A stretch of DNA of 64,000 bases. Source: Methanobacteriota archaeon (lineage in GTDB: Archaea > Thermoplasmatota > Thermoplasmata > SG8-5 > JAGLSY01). The stretch spans positions 224,001 through 288,000 of the forward strand of contig JAEHCO010000001.1 of the NCBI GenBank assembly GCA_020697715.1, written 5' to 3'. Positions 38,027 through 46,946 of the stretch are shown one piece after another. The notes below the pieces were generated by a model, which was given only the letters and a program-made list of their open reading frames with translations, was not told where the DNA came from and ran no database searches. The position numbers and the translations under genes are program-made. Position 1 is the stretch's first letter; each line of letters starts with the position of its first letter.

Positions 38027-39385
38027 ATGGCAAAGAAAAAAGGCGGTAAGAAAAAGGGTAAGACCTCTTCAAAGAAGAAAGGCAGTCATCCATCTTCAAA
38101 GAAGAAGGGCAAATCCTCGAAGCCAAAGCAGCAGAAAAAGGCAGATAAGGAAGTTATTGTAGAGCAACCTGTGGAAGAGCCTGTAGAGGAAGTCATCGAA
38201 GAGATACAGATCGATGAAGATATCGCCGAGCCAGAAGAGGTTGTGGAAGATGTCGAAGAAGAGATACAGATCGATGAAGATATTGATGTATCTGAAGAAG
38301 GGGATATCGCTGACGAGATGAGCTTTGATGAAGATATCGCCGAGCCAGAAGAGGTTGAAGATGATTCCAAATTGAGCGATGCGGTTTCTGCCGTGATCTC
38401 CGATGATGGTGGCGAAAAGAAGGTGGAGAAGAAAAAGACCGCCACCGAGAAGAAAAGAGAGAAAATGATCATGCAATGGGTCGCAGAAGGCTATAATGTC
38501 GAAGTCCTGGAAAGCTTCCTGGAGAGCGGCCAGAAGAGAGGAGTTAAGAAATTATTCGATCAGTTTGACTCAAATGTCAAAAGGATCGAAGAGATCAAAG
38601 AAGAGCTGGGATCCGTCGAGAACATTGAAGCCCAGGTGGAAGAATTCAATGCCCTTCTATCAAATCCAAATGATCTTGATAATATTGAATTAGAATTCAC
38701 CAAGCTCAAGGCCTCTAAAAGAGTGGCTGAGATAAAGAAAGACCTTGATGGCATGGTCCTTGATTCCCTGAAAGATCGAGTTGCCGATCTCCACGAGATG
38801 CTTGAAGATCCAAATAACCTATCAAAGGTAGAAGATCTATTGGTAGACCTCAAAAAAGATTACAAAGAGGCCTATTTCGAAGATGGGGTGGAATCTCTCG
38901 TCACCACGACAGATGAGAGTGCGAAGCCAAAGGCTGTGGCAAAGAAACCCGCCCAGAACGGCGCGAACAAGATTCCAATGGAGGTCAAGGATATCTTCCT
39001 CCTTTACAAGGATGGAAAATTCATCTCCCACCACACTGCGAGAGTTGTCCCAAAGGAAGAGCAAGAGCAGTTATTTGCCGATCTCAAAACTGGAAGGAAC
39101 TATCTGAATTCCCCAAAATACAAGCCTCAGAAATTAAATGTCATTTCAGTGAATGGTAGGAAGATCCTCGTACAAGGCGGCCAATACACAGTTATAATAA
39201 TGGTCGTGACAGGAGATGTCAACCCATGGACCGAGAAGATCGTTAAAAAGGTTCAGGGATTACTTGAGAAAGAAGATGCTCAACCACTTATGAAGTGGAG
39301 CGGAGACGTTGCCTCCCTGAAAAGTGCAGGCAAATACATGACCGCCCTTCTTTATGCGTGCATGAAGCTATCGAACAAGAAATGA
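38027..39385 (+). CDS. basic/acidic low-complexity plus coiled-coil protein with C-terminal longin/roadblock-like domain
   Basis: Lys-rich start, EEIQIDEDIAEPEEV repeats, WVAEGYNV motif, VKDIFLLYKDGKFISH...KILVQGG...WSGD. Confidence 0.7.
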   Translation: MAKKKGGKKKGKTSSKKKGSHPSSKKKGKSSKPKQQKKADKEVIVEQPVEEPVEEVIEEIQIDEDIAEPEEVVEDVEEEIQIDEDIDVSEEGDIADEMSFDEDIAEPEEVEDDSKLSDAVSAVISDDGGEKKVEKKKTATEKKREKMIMQWVAEGYNVEVLESFLESGQKRGVKKLFDQFDSNVKRIEEIKEELGSVENIEAQVEEFNALLSNPNDLDNIELEFTKLKASKRVAEIKKDLDGMVLDSLKDRVADLHEMLEDPNNLSKVEDLLVDLKKDYKEAYFEDGVESLVTTTDESAKPKAVAKKPAQNGANKIPMEVKDIFLLYKDGKFISHHTARVVPKEEQEQLFADLKTGRNYLNSPKYKPQKLNVISVNGRKILVQGGQYTVIIMVVTGDVNPWTEKIVKKVQGLLEKEDAQPLMKWSGDVASLKSAGKYMTALLYACMKLSNKK

Positions 39386-39621
39386 TCGTGTCAAGCTGAT
39401 CGTCCTATAGAAAGTTCGTTTCAAACTATTGTATGATCATATATGCTTATAATTTCGATATATTTAGATACTATAAAGTTCATATATGAATTATATAAAG
39501 AGGGAGATATGCGCGCTGTGATCATTGTCCTCGGGTTTTTGGAACTATCGACAGGTATAGACCTTTCTCTCTCCAATGATAAGCGATAGGTTAGCAATAT
39601 CTATGCAAAAAAGGTGATAAG

Positions 39622-39891
39622 CTGGACAGCATTGGTTTCATATCCGATATAGAAAAAGAATTTGTGCCCATTGCACCCATCGTGGAATTTGCAATAAATA
39701 AGCAAATGCAGGAAGTGGGCGCCAACAAGGAGTGTATGAATCCAAAACAGGCGGAAGAGTTCATAGATAATATGGCAGATGCTCTGGAGATGTTCCTTGG
39801 AAAGGACCAGGCGAAAAGATCCCGAAAATTCATGATGAGCTCATTCAGAAAGCACGCGCCAGAGTATTTCAAGGAAAAAGCCTTGATATAA
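39622..39891 (+). CDS. small helical hypothetical protein
   Basis: ORF extends in frame to CTG 39622 after GGTGA RBS; predicted all-alpha. Confidence 0.55.
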   Translation: MDSIGFISDIEKEFVPIAPIVEFAINKQMQEVGANKECMNPKQAEEFIDNMADALEMFLGKDQAKRSRKFMMSSFRKHAPEYFKEKALI

Positions 39892-39900
39892 GGAGATCAA

Positions 39901-40452
39901 ATGGTAGTTATTGTAGTATCTGGACTTCCAGGAGCGGGAAAGGAGGAGTTCGTCAGAATAGCCATAGAAGAAGGGTTCTCCATGATCCGAATGGGAGACA
40001 TGGTTCGCCAACATGCGATGGACCTGGGATTGGAAATGGGAGATCTGTCCATCGGAGGGCATGCCAATTCAGAAAGAGATCATCATGGCAAAGAAGTATG
40101 GGCCGTGAGAACTATGGAAAAACTACCTCCTGGTAATACCGTCATAGATGGTTGCAGGAGCGAATACGAGCTCGCATACTTCAAAGAGAATATAGAGAAC
40201 ATGATCACGGTGGGCATCGAAGCATCGGTGGAAACCCGCTTTCACAGACTGGTAGCGAGAAAAAGAGATGACGATCCTACCACGATGGAAGACTTCCAGA
40301 GACGCGAGAACAGAGAATTGGGATGGGGTATCTCGGATGCTGTTAAAAACGCTCAGATAAAACTGGGCAATGACGGAAGCCTTGAAGACTTCAGACAACT
40401 GTGCAGGGACACCCTGCTGACAATAGAAAATGGAGATATTAAGGGAGCATGA
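39901..40452 (+). CDS. archaeal dephospho-CoA-kinase-like P-loop kinase (UPF0200)
   Basis: GLPGAGK, MGDMVR, VIDGCRS.YE, RE.RELGWG. Confidence 0.8.
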   Translation: MVVIVVSGLPGAGKEEFVRIAIEEGFSMIRMGDMVRQHAMDLGLEMGDLSIGGHANSERDHHGKEVWAVRTMEKLPPGNTVIDGCRSEYELAYFKENIENMITVGIEASVETRFHRLVARKRDDDPTTMEDFQRRENRELGWGISDAVKNAQIKLGNDGSLEDFRQLCRDTLLTIENGDIKGA

Positions 40453-40552
40453 TCATATACTGATCGTCGCATCCTCTAATCATACAGAAAAATATTAAAA
40501 TGGTTCTTTGCTTGGGCAGTGCATCGAACCCCATATAAATGGAGGGAAATAA

Positions 40553-41695
40553 ATGAAAGAGATCAACATTCACGAGACAAATGCAAAGGACATCATGAGC
40601 AAGAGACCAGTGACCATCGAGTTCCACGAGGAAATATCTGTGGCATTGGGGAAGATGAAGGAGCATGATATCCATGAACTACCCGTTACAGACGATGGGA
40701 AGATGATAGGACTTGTAAGCTATGATACATTTTTGAAAAGAAGGAACATTCCAATGACCACGAAAGTGGAGAATGTCATGAGCTTCCCACCTAGACTTAG
40801 TCCAGATATTTCCATTATGGATATCGCCGAAGTAATGCTTTCCTCCGGTTACAGGGCTGTTCCAGTTACCGAGGATGAGGTTATCGTGGGCATAGTTTCA
40901 AGATCAGATCTCATTAGCTCCATACCGGCTATGGACATACTCAAGGGCATCAAGGTCAAAGAGATAATGACCCATAACCCCAAATGCGTTTCTGGTGATG
41001 ATACGATAGATACGGCAAAGAGTCTGATGAACCGCCTCGATGTAAGAGCTTTGCCAGTTATTGACGATGACAGTAAGATCACCGGAATGGTCGGTCTAAG
41101 GGACATGACCGAATCAGGATGGAGGAAGAAACAGAAGACTGGTGCTGGTGGCGGCGGAGAGAGCAAGCCATTGAAGATCAATATATCCAGTGTGATGAAC
41201 CAAAATCCAATATGCGTTGATGAGGATCAGACCATCGCGGATGCTGTGGAATTGATGCTGGATAATGGAATATCCACCCTCGTGGTATCAAAGCACGATG
41301 TCCCAATAGGTATCGTCGCTCAGTATGATCTGATGGAGCTGATCGCCAGTTTCCAGAAGACCGATGGGGTGTATGTCCAGATCTCGGGTATCGATATGGA
41401 AGATTCCGATGCTTATGACCCAATGTACGACATGATACAGAAATCCATGATCAGAACAGGTAAATTGGTCAAGCCAAAGATGTTCACCATCCATGTATCC
41501 ATGCACAGTGATGGGCATGACGAGCACTCGGGTCATTACCAATTGAGTGGAAGGATGACCACGGATCACGAAATGTACTACGCCCATGCCACTGATTGGG
41601 ATCTTCTGAAATGTCTCAGCGACCTCCTCAGCCAGCTTGACCGCATGGTGAGGAAGGACAAGAGCAAGAAGGATTCCAGACACAAGAAAGGTTAA
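40553..41695 (+). CDS. four-CBS-domain protein with C-terminal HPF/RaiA-like domain (Hib-like hibernation factor candidate)
   Basis: Four CBS repeats then YVQISG-helix-three strands-ATDWDLLKCLSDLLSQLDRMVRKDK helix. Confidence 0.75.
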   Translation: MKEINIHETNAKDIMSKRPVTIEFHEEISVALGKMKEHDIHELPVTDDGKMIGLVSYDTFLKRRNIPMTTKVENVMSFPPRLSPDISIMDIAEVMLSSGYRAVPVTEDEVIVGIVSRSDLISSIPAMDILKGIKVKEIMTHNPKCVSGDDTIDTAKSLMNRLDVRALPVIDDDSKITGMVGLRDMTESGWRKKQKTGAGGGGESKPLKINISSVMNQNPICVDEDQTIADAVELMLDNGISTLVVSKHDVPIGIVAQYDLMELIASFQKTDGVYVQISGIDMEDSDAYDPMYDMIQKSMIRTGKLVKPKMFTIHVSMHSDGHDEHSGHYQLSGRMTTDHEMYYAHATDWDLLKCLSDLLSQLDRMVRKDKSKKDSRHKKG

Positions 41696-41739
41696 GAACA
41701 AACACTCTGTATGTAAGATAATTGGAAACGTGTTGGTTC

Positions 41740-41780
41740 TTCTAATCGCTAGTGAGATATAGAAAATAGGCGATTAGAAA
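41740..41780. repeat. hairpin repeat family C, copy 1
   Basis: TTCTAATCGCTAGTGA..ATAGGCGATTAGAAA; reverse complement matches 63687-63728. Confidence 0.65.
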
Positions 41781-41876
41781 TCCAGATAAAACCGAATACC
41801 TGGCCATTTACACAGTGGCCAGGTCTATTTCCTATTTTTATAGAAGATCATTTCAAATGAATCCTTAATTGATCAA

Positions 41877-42890
41877 TCAAAATTCCCAGTATCTTGATTG
41901 AACTTCCTTCGCTTTGTCCACCCAATCATTTCCAGAGCCTTGTATGTCCATGACCTCATCGTGTATCAAAGGAAATTCCTGATCTTTGAACATGGCCAGA
42001 GTTCCACAGACGACCTCGGCCAATGCATCTGTGTCATATCCGCCCTCGAGCAGGATGGTCATTCTATTCTCGCATAGTTCTTTTCCGAGAGCTAGTAATT
42101 TTGATATCTGATCTAGATATCCCTTGCTTGACAGCGTGAGGGAAGCTAATTGATCTCGATAATGAGCATCACCGCCGAAGCTTATCAGAAGAGCTTCTGG
42201 CTTGTATTGTCTAAGTATCGGGATGATGAGACTGTCAAAAGCATGGTCGAATGTGCCATCACCTGATCCGGACGGTAATGGGATATTGATATTGAATCCC
42301 TCGCCTTCATCAATTCCGACATCGTTGAAATGGCCAGTGCCAGGATATATCCCGTATTGGTGTGTGGATATGTAAAGCACGTCCTTCGAATCCTGGAATA
42401 TGTCATTGGTACCATTGCCATGATGCACGTCGATATCCACTATCGCCACCTTGCGGACCTTGGCCAGTAAATGCTCAGCCGCTATTGCGACATTGTTGAA
42501 ATAGCAGAATCCGCCACCATAGTCCTTTCCCGCATGGTGACCGGGAGGTCTCACCATGGCGTAGCTCGGTCTCTTATTCTCATAGGACCAATCCGCGGCC
42601 TGGATAGTGCCGCCGGCGGCCATCGAGGCCATCTCGAAAGTGTTAGGCCTGATGTAAGTGTCAGCGTCCATGTAACCTTCTGGATGCTGTTCGATCATGT
42701 CGATATAAGGTATGGTGTGTGCGAGAGCCAGTTGCTCCCTTGTGGCTGGAATTGGGGTGATTATCTCACTATCCGATATGACCTCGGGAAGTCTAGCCAC
42801 GATCGCCCGTACACGCTCGGGACATTCTGGATGTCCATGTGTCTGCGTCAATTCTGAATATGAATCATGATAAAATAACATAAAATTCAC
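41877..42890 (-). CDS. histone deacetylase / acetylpolyamine amidohydrolase family protein
   Basis: HPECPER, RPPGHHA, GFCYFNN, DIDVHHGNGT, GGDAH, LEGGY. Confidence 0.92.
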   Translation of the reverse strand: MNFMLFYHDSYSELTQTHGHPECPERVRAIVARLPEVISDSEIITPIPATREQLALAHTIPYIDMIEQHPEGYMDADTYIRPNTFEMASMAAGGTIQAADWSYENKRPSYAMVRPPGHHAGKDYGGGFCYFNNVAIAAEHLLAKVRKVAIVDIDVHHGNGTNDIFQDSKDVLYISTHQYGIYPGTGHFNDVGIDEGEGFNINIPLPSGSGDGTFDHAFDSLIIPILRQYKPEALLISFGGDAHYRDQLASLTLSSKGYLDQISKLLALGKELCENRMTILLEGGYDTDALAEVVCGTLAMFKDQEFPLIHDEVMDIQGSGNDWVDKAKEVQSRYWEF

Positions 42891-43514
42891 CTACTGGATA
42901 CGTCCACATCCAAGGCATTTGTACTTATCACCGGATGTCGGGACCAGCTCCCCGCTACAGGATGTGCACTTTCCTTCCAGATCCTTTGTGGGTGCTTCCT
43001 CAGATGGTGTGCTTATTGGCTCTGGAGATGCCTCTTTATTGGCCTCGTCCAGAATATCGTCCACGGAATCGGAATGATAATAATCTGATTCCCCTGTGTG
43101 GATTATCGTGGTCTTGGCCAGCCTGTCGAACAATCTCTGTCGGGGGTCCCCTCTCCCAGCCAGACCGATTAGGGTGTCAATTGGAAGTAGAATATACCAC
43201 AGGGCTTTTGGCATATTTCTGAAGATCATCATGAGCGGGTTACTGTCCCTGTTACCCAGATACCTGGTTCTCAGGCCGAATATCTTCTTCCCGATGGTGG
43301 CTCCAGCAACTGCTTCCAGTATTCCAGAATATAGGAAGAGAGCGATACTGGACACAAGGCCAGCTGTGATGATCGTGTTCTTATCCATCATCACCAGAAC
43401 ACCACCGACCACGAAGAACACTATGAGCATGTCGACGAACATGGCCAGTGCCCGATAAAGCCAATGCTTCCTCAGGTCTCTATCATGTCCAAGAATGTCA
43501 AAGCCGGTTACCAT
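42891..43514 (-). CDS. RDD family membrane protein with C-terminal zinc ribbon
   Basis: RALAMFVD, GATIGKKIFGL, RQRLFDRLAKT; CTSC..CLGC. Confidence 0.8.
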   Translation of the reverse strand: MVTGFDILGHDRDLRKHWLYRALAMFVDMLIVFFVVGGVLVMMDKNTIITAGLVSSIALFLYSGILEAVAGATIGKKIFGLRTRYLGNRDSNPLMMIFRNMPKALWYILLPIDTLIGLAGRGDPRQRLFDRLAKTTIIHTGESDYYHSDSVDDILDEANKEASPEPISTPSEEAPTKDLEGKCTSCSGELVPTSGDKYKCLGCGRIQ

Positions 43515-43591
43515 ATCGATCACGGGTAAATGCACTTGGGAATATATGAGAGTTGGGTTACCAAAAAATATCAAGATCACGATGATGATCA

Positions 43592-44785
43592 TCAAAGAAG
43601 AATGATCGCCAATACCAGCACGATGCCCGCCATCAGGCCAGTGGCTGGCCATATGCTCTTGAAAAAGTCTTTCAAGCTAACTTTGAAGTATTCCAGAGAG
43701 ACAGTATTGCACGGATGCACTGGCGATATCAAATACCCCAAGAAAATGCTGAAATAAGTGATCGCGAAGGCCATCGGCTCCATGGCGGCCACCACGAAAT
43801 TGGCAAGGTAAATGGGCGCGATTATGGATATCGGAAGCTGTATGCGGCCAGTTGTCAATCCAAGGAAAAAGGCGACGAACACGCAGAGCACGACCTTGGA
43901 TGGGGAAAGCTCGGATATCTCCTGGGGAGTGCCAGAGGCGACGAACACATTGAGGAATACGAACATTCCTATTACAATTAGACCGTATTTCCATGGCCTC
44001 ATATTGGATATTATCGTCCTGAAGCCTTTGAACTGCATCTTACCCAGCCAGATGGCGAAGAGCAATGATATGATCACGGCTACCAGAAGGCTCGATTCCC
44101 TGTACTCCGGATTCCAGGTATTGAGCATGATGACATCCAGCACCGGGGCAATGAGGATGACGAACATGGGTATCAGAAGGCCAGTCAATGAAAATATGGT
44201 CGTGTATTCCATCTTCGCTCCCGATTTCCTGACGAAGAAAATGTATCCCACTATCAGCAATAGACCGAAGAAAGGAATGAGATACAAAATGGCCTCGTAA
44301 ATATCGAGGCCAGCTATCTTCGCTCCTACAATAAGTGAGGTTGAAAGCGGATATACAAGATAAAGCGCGTGCCTGAACCAGACATTTATCGCCACCTTGT
44401 CAACATCCGACACGTCCTTCCCACCCTTTTCTATCAAGGGGGCGGAAAGAAGTGCGCCTCCAGGCATGGGGAGCATACCGACAAGTGCTGGAGATAGCAT
44501 GAGGAAAGGTCTTTTCCCTATCCTGAGATTATTGACAAGGGAATCCATCAAGCCAGACCGGTTCATTATCCCTCCGATTATCGGGATAATGGTGACTGCC
44601 AGGCCCAGCATCAGAACTCCAGGATCTATCAAAGTTTTGTAAACTTCGGTAAAAGGATCCCTGGGCAGTGTGATGAATGCCAGTATGAGAGAGGCGGAGA
44701 ACATGGCCACCCACAAGCTCCATTTGGAGATGATGAGCAGGGCTGCCAGTGCGACTATGAAGCCTATCCATATTACCAAGTCCAT
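43592..44785 (-). CDS. DUF401-like membrane transporter (IT superfamily)
   Basis: PALVGMLPMPGGALLSAP, NVWFRH, GYLISPVHPC; start corrected to MDLV. Confidence 0.75.
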   Translation of the reverse strand: MDLVIWIGFIVALAALLIISKWSLWVAMFSASLILAFITLPRDPFTEVYKTLIDPGVLMLGLAVTIIPIIGGIMNRSGLMDSLVNNLRIGKRPFLMLSPALVGMLPMPGGALLSAPLIEKGGKDVSDVDKVAINVWFRHALYLVYPLSTSLIVGAKIAGLDIYEAILYLIPFFGLLLIVGYIFFVRKSGAKMEYTTIFSLTGLLIPMFVILIAPVLDVIMLNTWNPEYRESSLLVAVIISLLFAIWLGKMQFKGFRTIISNMRPWKYGLIVIGMFVFLNVFVASGTPQEISELSPSKVVLCVFVAFFLGLTTGRIQLPISIIAPIYLANFVVAAMEPMAFAITYFSIFLGYLISPVHPCNTVSLEYFKVSLKDFFKSIWPATGLMAGIVLVLAIILL

Positions 44786-44994
44786 GCATTCCACAAATAG
44801 TAAGGGGTTTATGTTACTTGCCCTGAAAAGTTGATAAACGATAGTAATATGCCAGCAGCTGGAATTAATGCAAAGCACGAGAGTGGCGATCATATGCCCG
44901 GGTTCTCGAAACCTTAAAATAGAGTTGTGGTATGAAGGGGGAATGCGGAACAATGGTTTTCTTCAGCTTTTGCAAAGGAAATCCATAGTTCAAT

Positions 44995-45066
44995 GCCGTC
45001 GTAGCTTAGTGGTGGAGCGGCTGACTGTTAATCAGCAGGTCACAGGTTCAAATCCTGTCGACGGCG
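44995..45066 (+). tRNA. tRNA-Asn (GTT)
   Basis: Acceptor GCCGTCG/CGACGGC, anticodon arm GCTGA-CTGTTAA-TCAGC, T arm ACAGG-TTCAAAT-CCTGT. Confidence 0.96.
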
Positions 45067-45077
45067 CCTTTTATTTT

Positions 45078-45235
45078 GAACATCCCCGCCCTCAGTCATC
45101 AATATATCATTGTATCAGGCGAGGTTTTCGAATAGGAAGCACTCTGTATTTGTCACTCACTGGGTCATCACTGAGAGTACCCCGCCCTCCTTGGTTCTAT
45201 CATGGCAATCAGACGGGGCATGTTTGAATATAAAA
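45078..45235 (-). repeat. repeat family A, copy 3
   Basis: Reverse complement TTATATTCAAACATGCCCCGTCTG..GGGCGGGGTACTCTCAGTGATG..CAGAGTGC..GGGCGGGGATGTTCAA. Confidence 0.85.
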
Positions 45236-45279
45236 TGCCTTGTAGAGATTCGGCTCGGAACGGATAAATTAAATACAAG

Positions 45280-46485
45280 TCATGGAGAAATAGTCAAATA
45301 TATTTCTACAGTATCAAAGTAATCATCAACATTGAATTCATCTAAATAGCCCAATACAAACTTCACCTCTGTAAGTGAGTCTTGTCCGCATGTTACATTG
45401 ATCACTTCTCTATCAATAGTGACATTGTCCTCTCTCAATTCAAAAGTAAATGTGACATCATCATCCAGATCATGTTCAAAAGCTTTTAATTCGCATTCGA
45501 CATCGAAATAATATCCAAATTCTTCGTCATGGTTTAATTGCCAATCATTGTCCCCCAAATCCAATGAGAAAACAGTTCCATAGACTGGGACTGAAGCTAT
45601 AGTTGTTATATTCCAATGGCATTCATATGCCGAATTAAGAGATGCGAAACGAGAATGCCACCCATCAATACCATTTGTTGGATCTAGTCCTATCCACCCT
45701 CCGCCCAAATAACTGCGTATTTTATCCTGCACTTCGCTTCTTGGAGGGGTGTATTCCGGCAAATAAACAGCAACGTAAACATGGCCTATATCCCTACCTT
45801 CGGTTTCATTATACCCTTGTGTGTAGACAAAGGCAACATCCTTCAATCCCCCAGCATAGAGCAGGGAAGCAAGAAGGGAAGCGTAATCCGTACACACACC
45901 TTCCCCATCATGAAGCGTGGTGACGGGATATTGTGAGGACCAAATATCATTATCTTTATAACTTATCTCCTCAGCCACGAAGTAATACGCTTCAATAGTT
46001 TGGGAAACCCTATTATCAGGGTATTCTTCTTTGAATCCATCGGAAATGTTTTGGATGGTCGGAGTCACATGAACGGTCATAAGTTCTTCATGTCTGAAAT
46101 CATGAGAAAAATTGCCCCATAATAATGTAGTACTATTAACTACTAAATAACTTAGTTGCCATGGGGTTCCGGGATACTGCCTGTAAAAAACATCATCATT
46201 TGGATCTATAGGTATTGAATTATAAGAACGGTCGTTCAGTGCAACACTTATGCTTGCGATGATAATCACGATAGCGATGACGACCACAATCCTTTTCCTG
46301 CTTCTTAGTTTGTCCAATATTAGTCCAAAATAATTGATTGACTGTGATTGCAAAGGTTGTTCTGTTTGAGGCTGATGGACAGGCTGGTAATAAGTATGAC
46401 ATTCACTACAATACCATTGCTGTTCATGATCATTCATGGTCATTTGTGAAGCACATTTAAAGCAATTTGGTATATCTTGATCCAC
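45280..46485 (-). CDS. membrane-anchored transglutaminase-like cysteine protease domain protein
   Basis: N-terminal zinc ribbon, TM helix, GVCTDYASLLASL, GHVYVAV, WIGLDPT (C-H-D triad); visibly AT-richer than flanks. Confidence 0.8.
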   Translation of the reverse strand: MDQDIPNCFKCASQMTMNDHEQQWYCSECHTYYQPVHQPQTEQPLQSQSINYFGLILDKLRSRKRIVVVIAIVIIIASISVALNDRSYNSIPIDPNDDVFYRQYPGTPWQLSYLVVNSTTLLWGNFSHDFRHEELMTVHVTPTIQNISDGFKEEYPDNRVSQTIEAYYFVAEEISYKDNDIWSSQYPVTTLHDGEGVCTDYASLLASLLYAGGLKDVAFVYTQGYNETEGRDIGHVYVAVYLPEYTPPRSEVQDKIRSYLGGGWIGLDPTNGIDGWHSRFASLNSAYECHWNITTIASVPVYGTVFSLDLGDNDWQLNHDEEFGYYFDVECELKAFEHDLDDDVTFTFELREDNVTIDREVINVTCGQDSLTEVKFVLGYLDEFNVDDYFDTVEIYLTISP

Positions 46486-46588
46486 TCTCTTCCACCTCTA
46501 TACTACGACGGTCATCCTTTTACTGGTTATCACCCGTCGCTAAGTGGATGGGGAATAGTACCTAAATACATTTCCATTACCAAGAAAA

Positions 46589-46858
46589 GTGGCTGGCAAT
46601 GTATTAGCAGAGCGTATTGGCATTAATGAGTATGCGGAACAATACGAACATGCCCCGTCCCGAGTGTATTTTGCGTTAAATGCGCAAAATAATAGTTCGA
46701 GAAGCGAAGCGATTCGAACTATGACGCAGGGTCGGGGTACTATATTCGATGAGCATTCGAGTGACAGTCGCGATGTGCCAGTAGAAAGATAAACTCCTCG
46801 CTTTCAAACGCGAGGAGTCAAACCAAACCCCGCCCCGATCAAAGCAGGGGCGGAGTCC
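46589..46858 (+). repeat. repeat family A, diverged and expanded copy 4
   Basis: GTGGCTGGCAATGTATTAGCAGAGC (cf. 6776), AACATGCCCCGTCC..AGGGTCGGGGTACT..GAGTGACAGTC..GTGC, terminal hairpin followed by TCAA. Confidence 0.7.
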
Positions 46859-46946
46859 TTATCCTCACCCAGCTCAACAAATGGACACGAAACATTCTAT
46901 ACATTTTATCCAAACCTATTTTAACCCCTTCTTCATCCCGCGGACT

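Noticed and set aside
45067-46900. Integrase-type island with att duplication at tRNA-Asn
   Set aside because: No duplicated tRNA 3' end and no recombinase gene found in the window.
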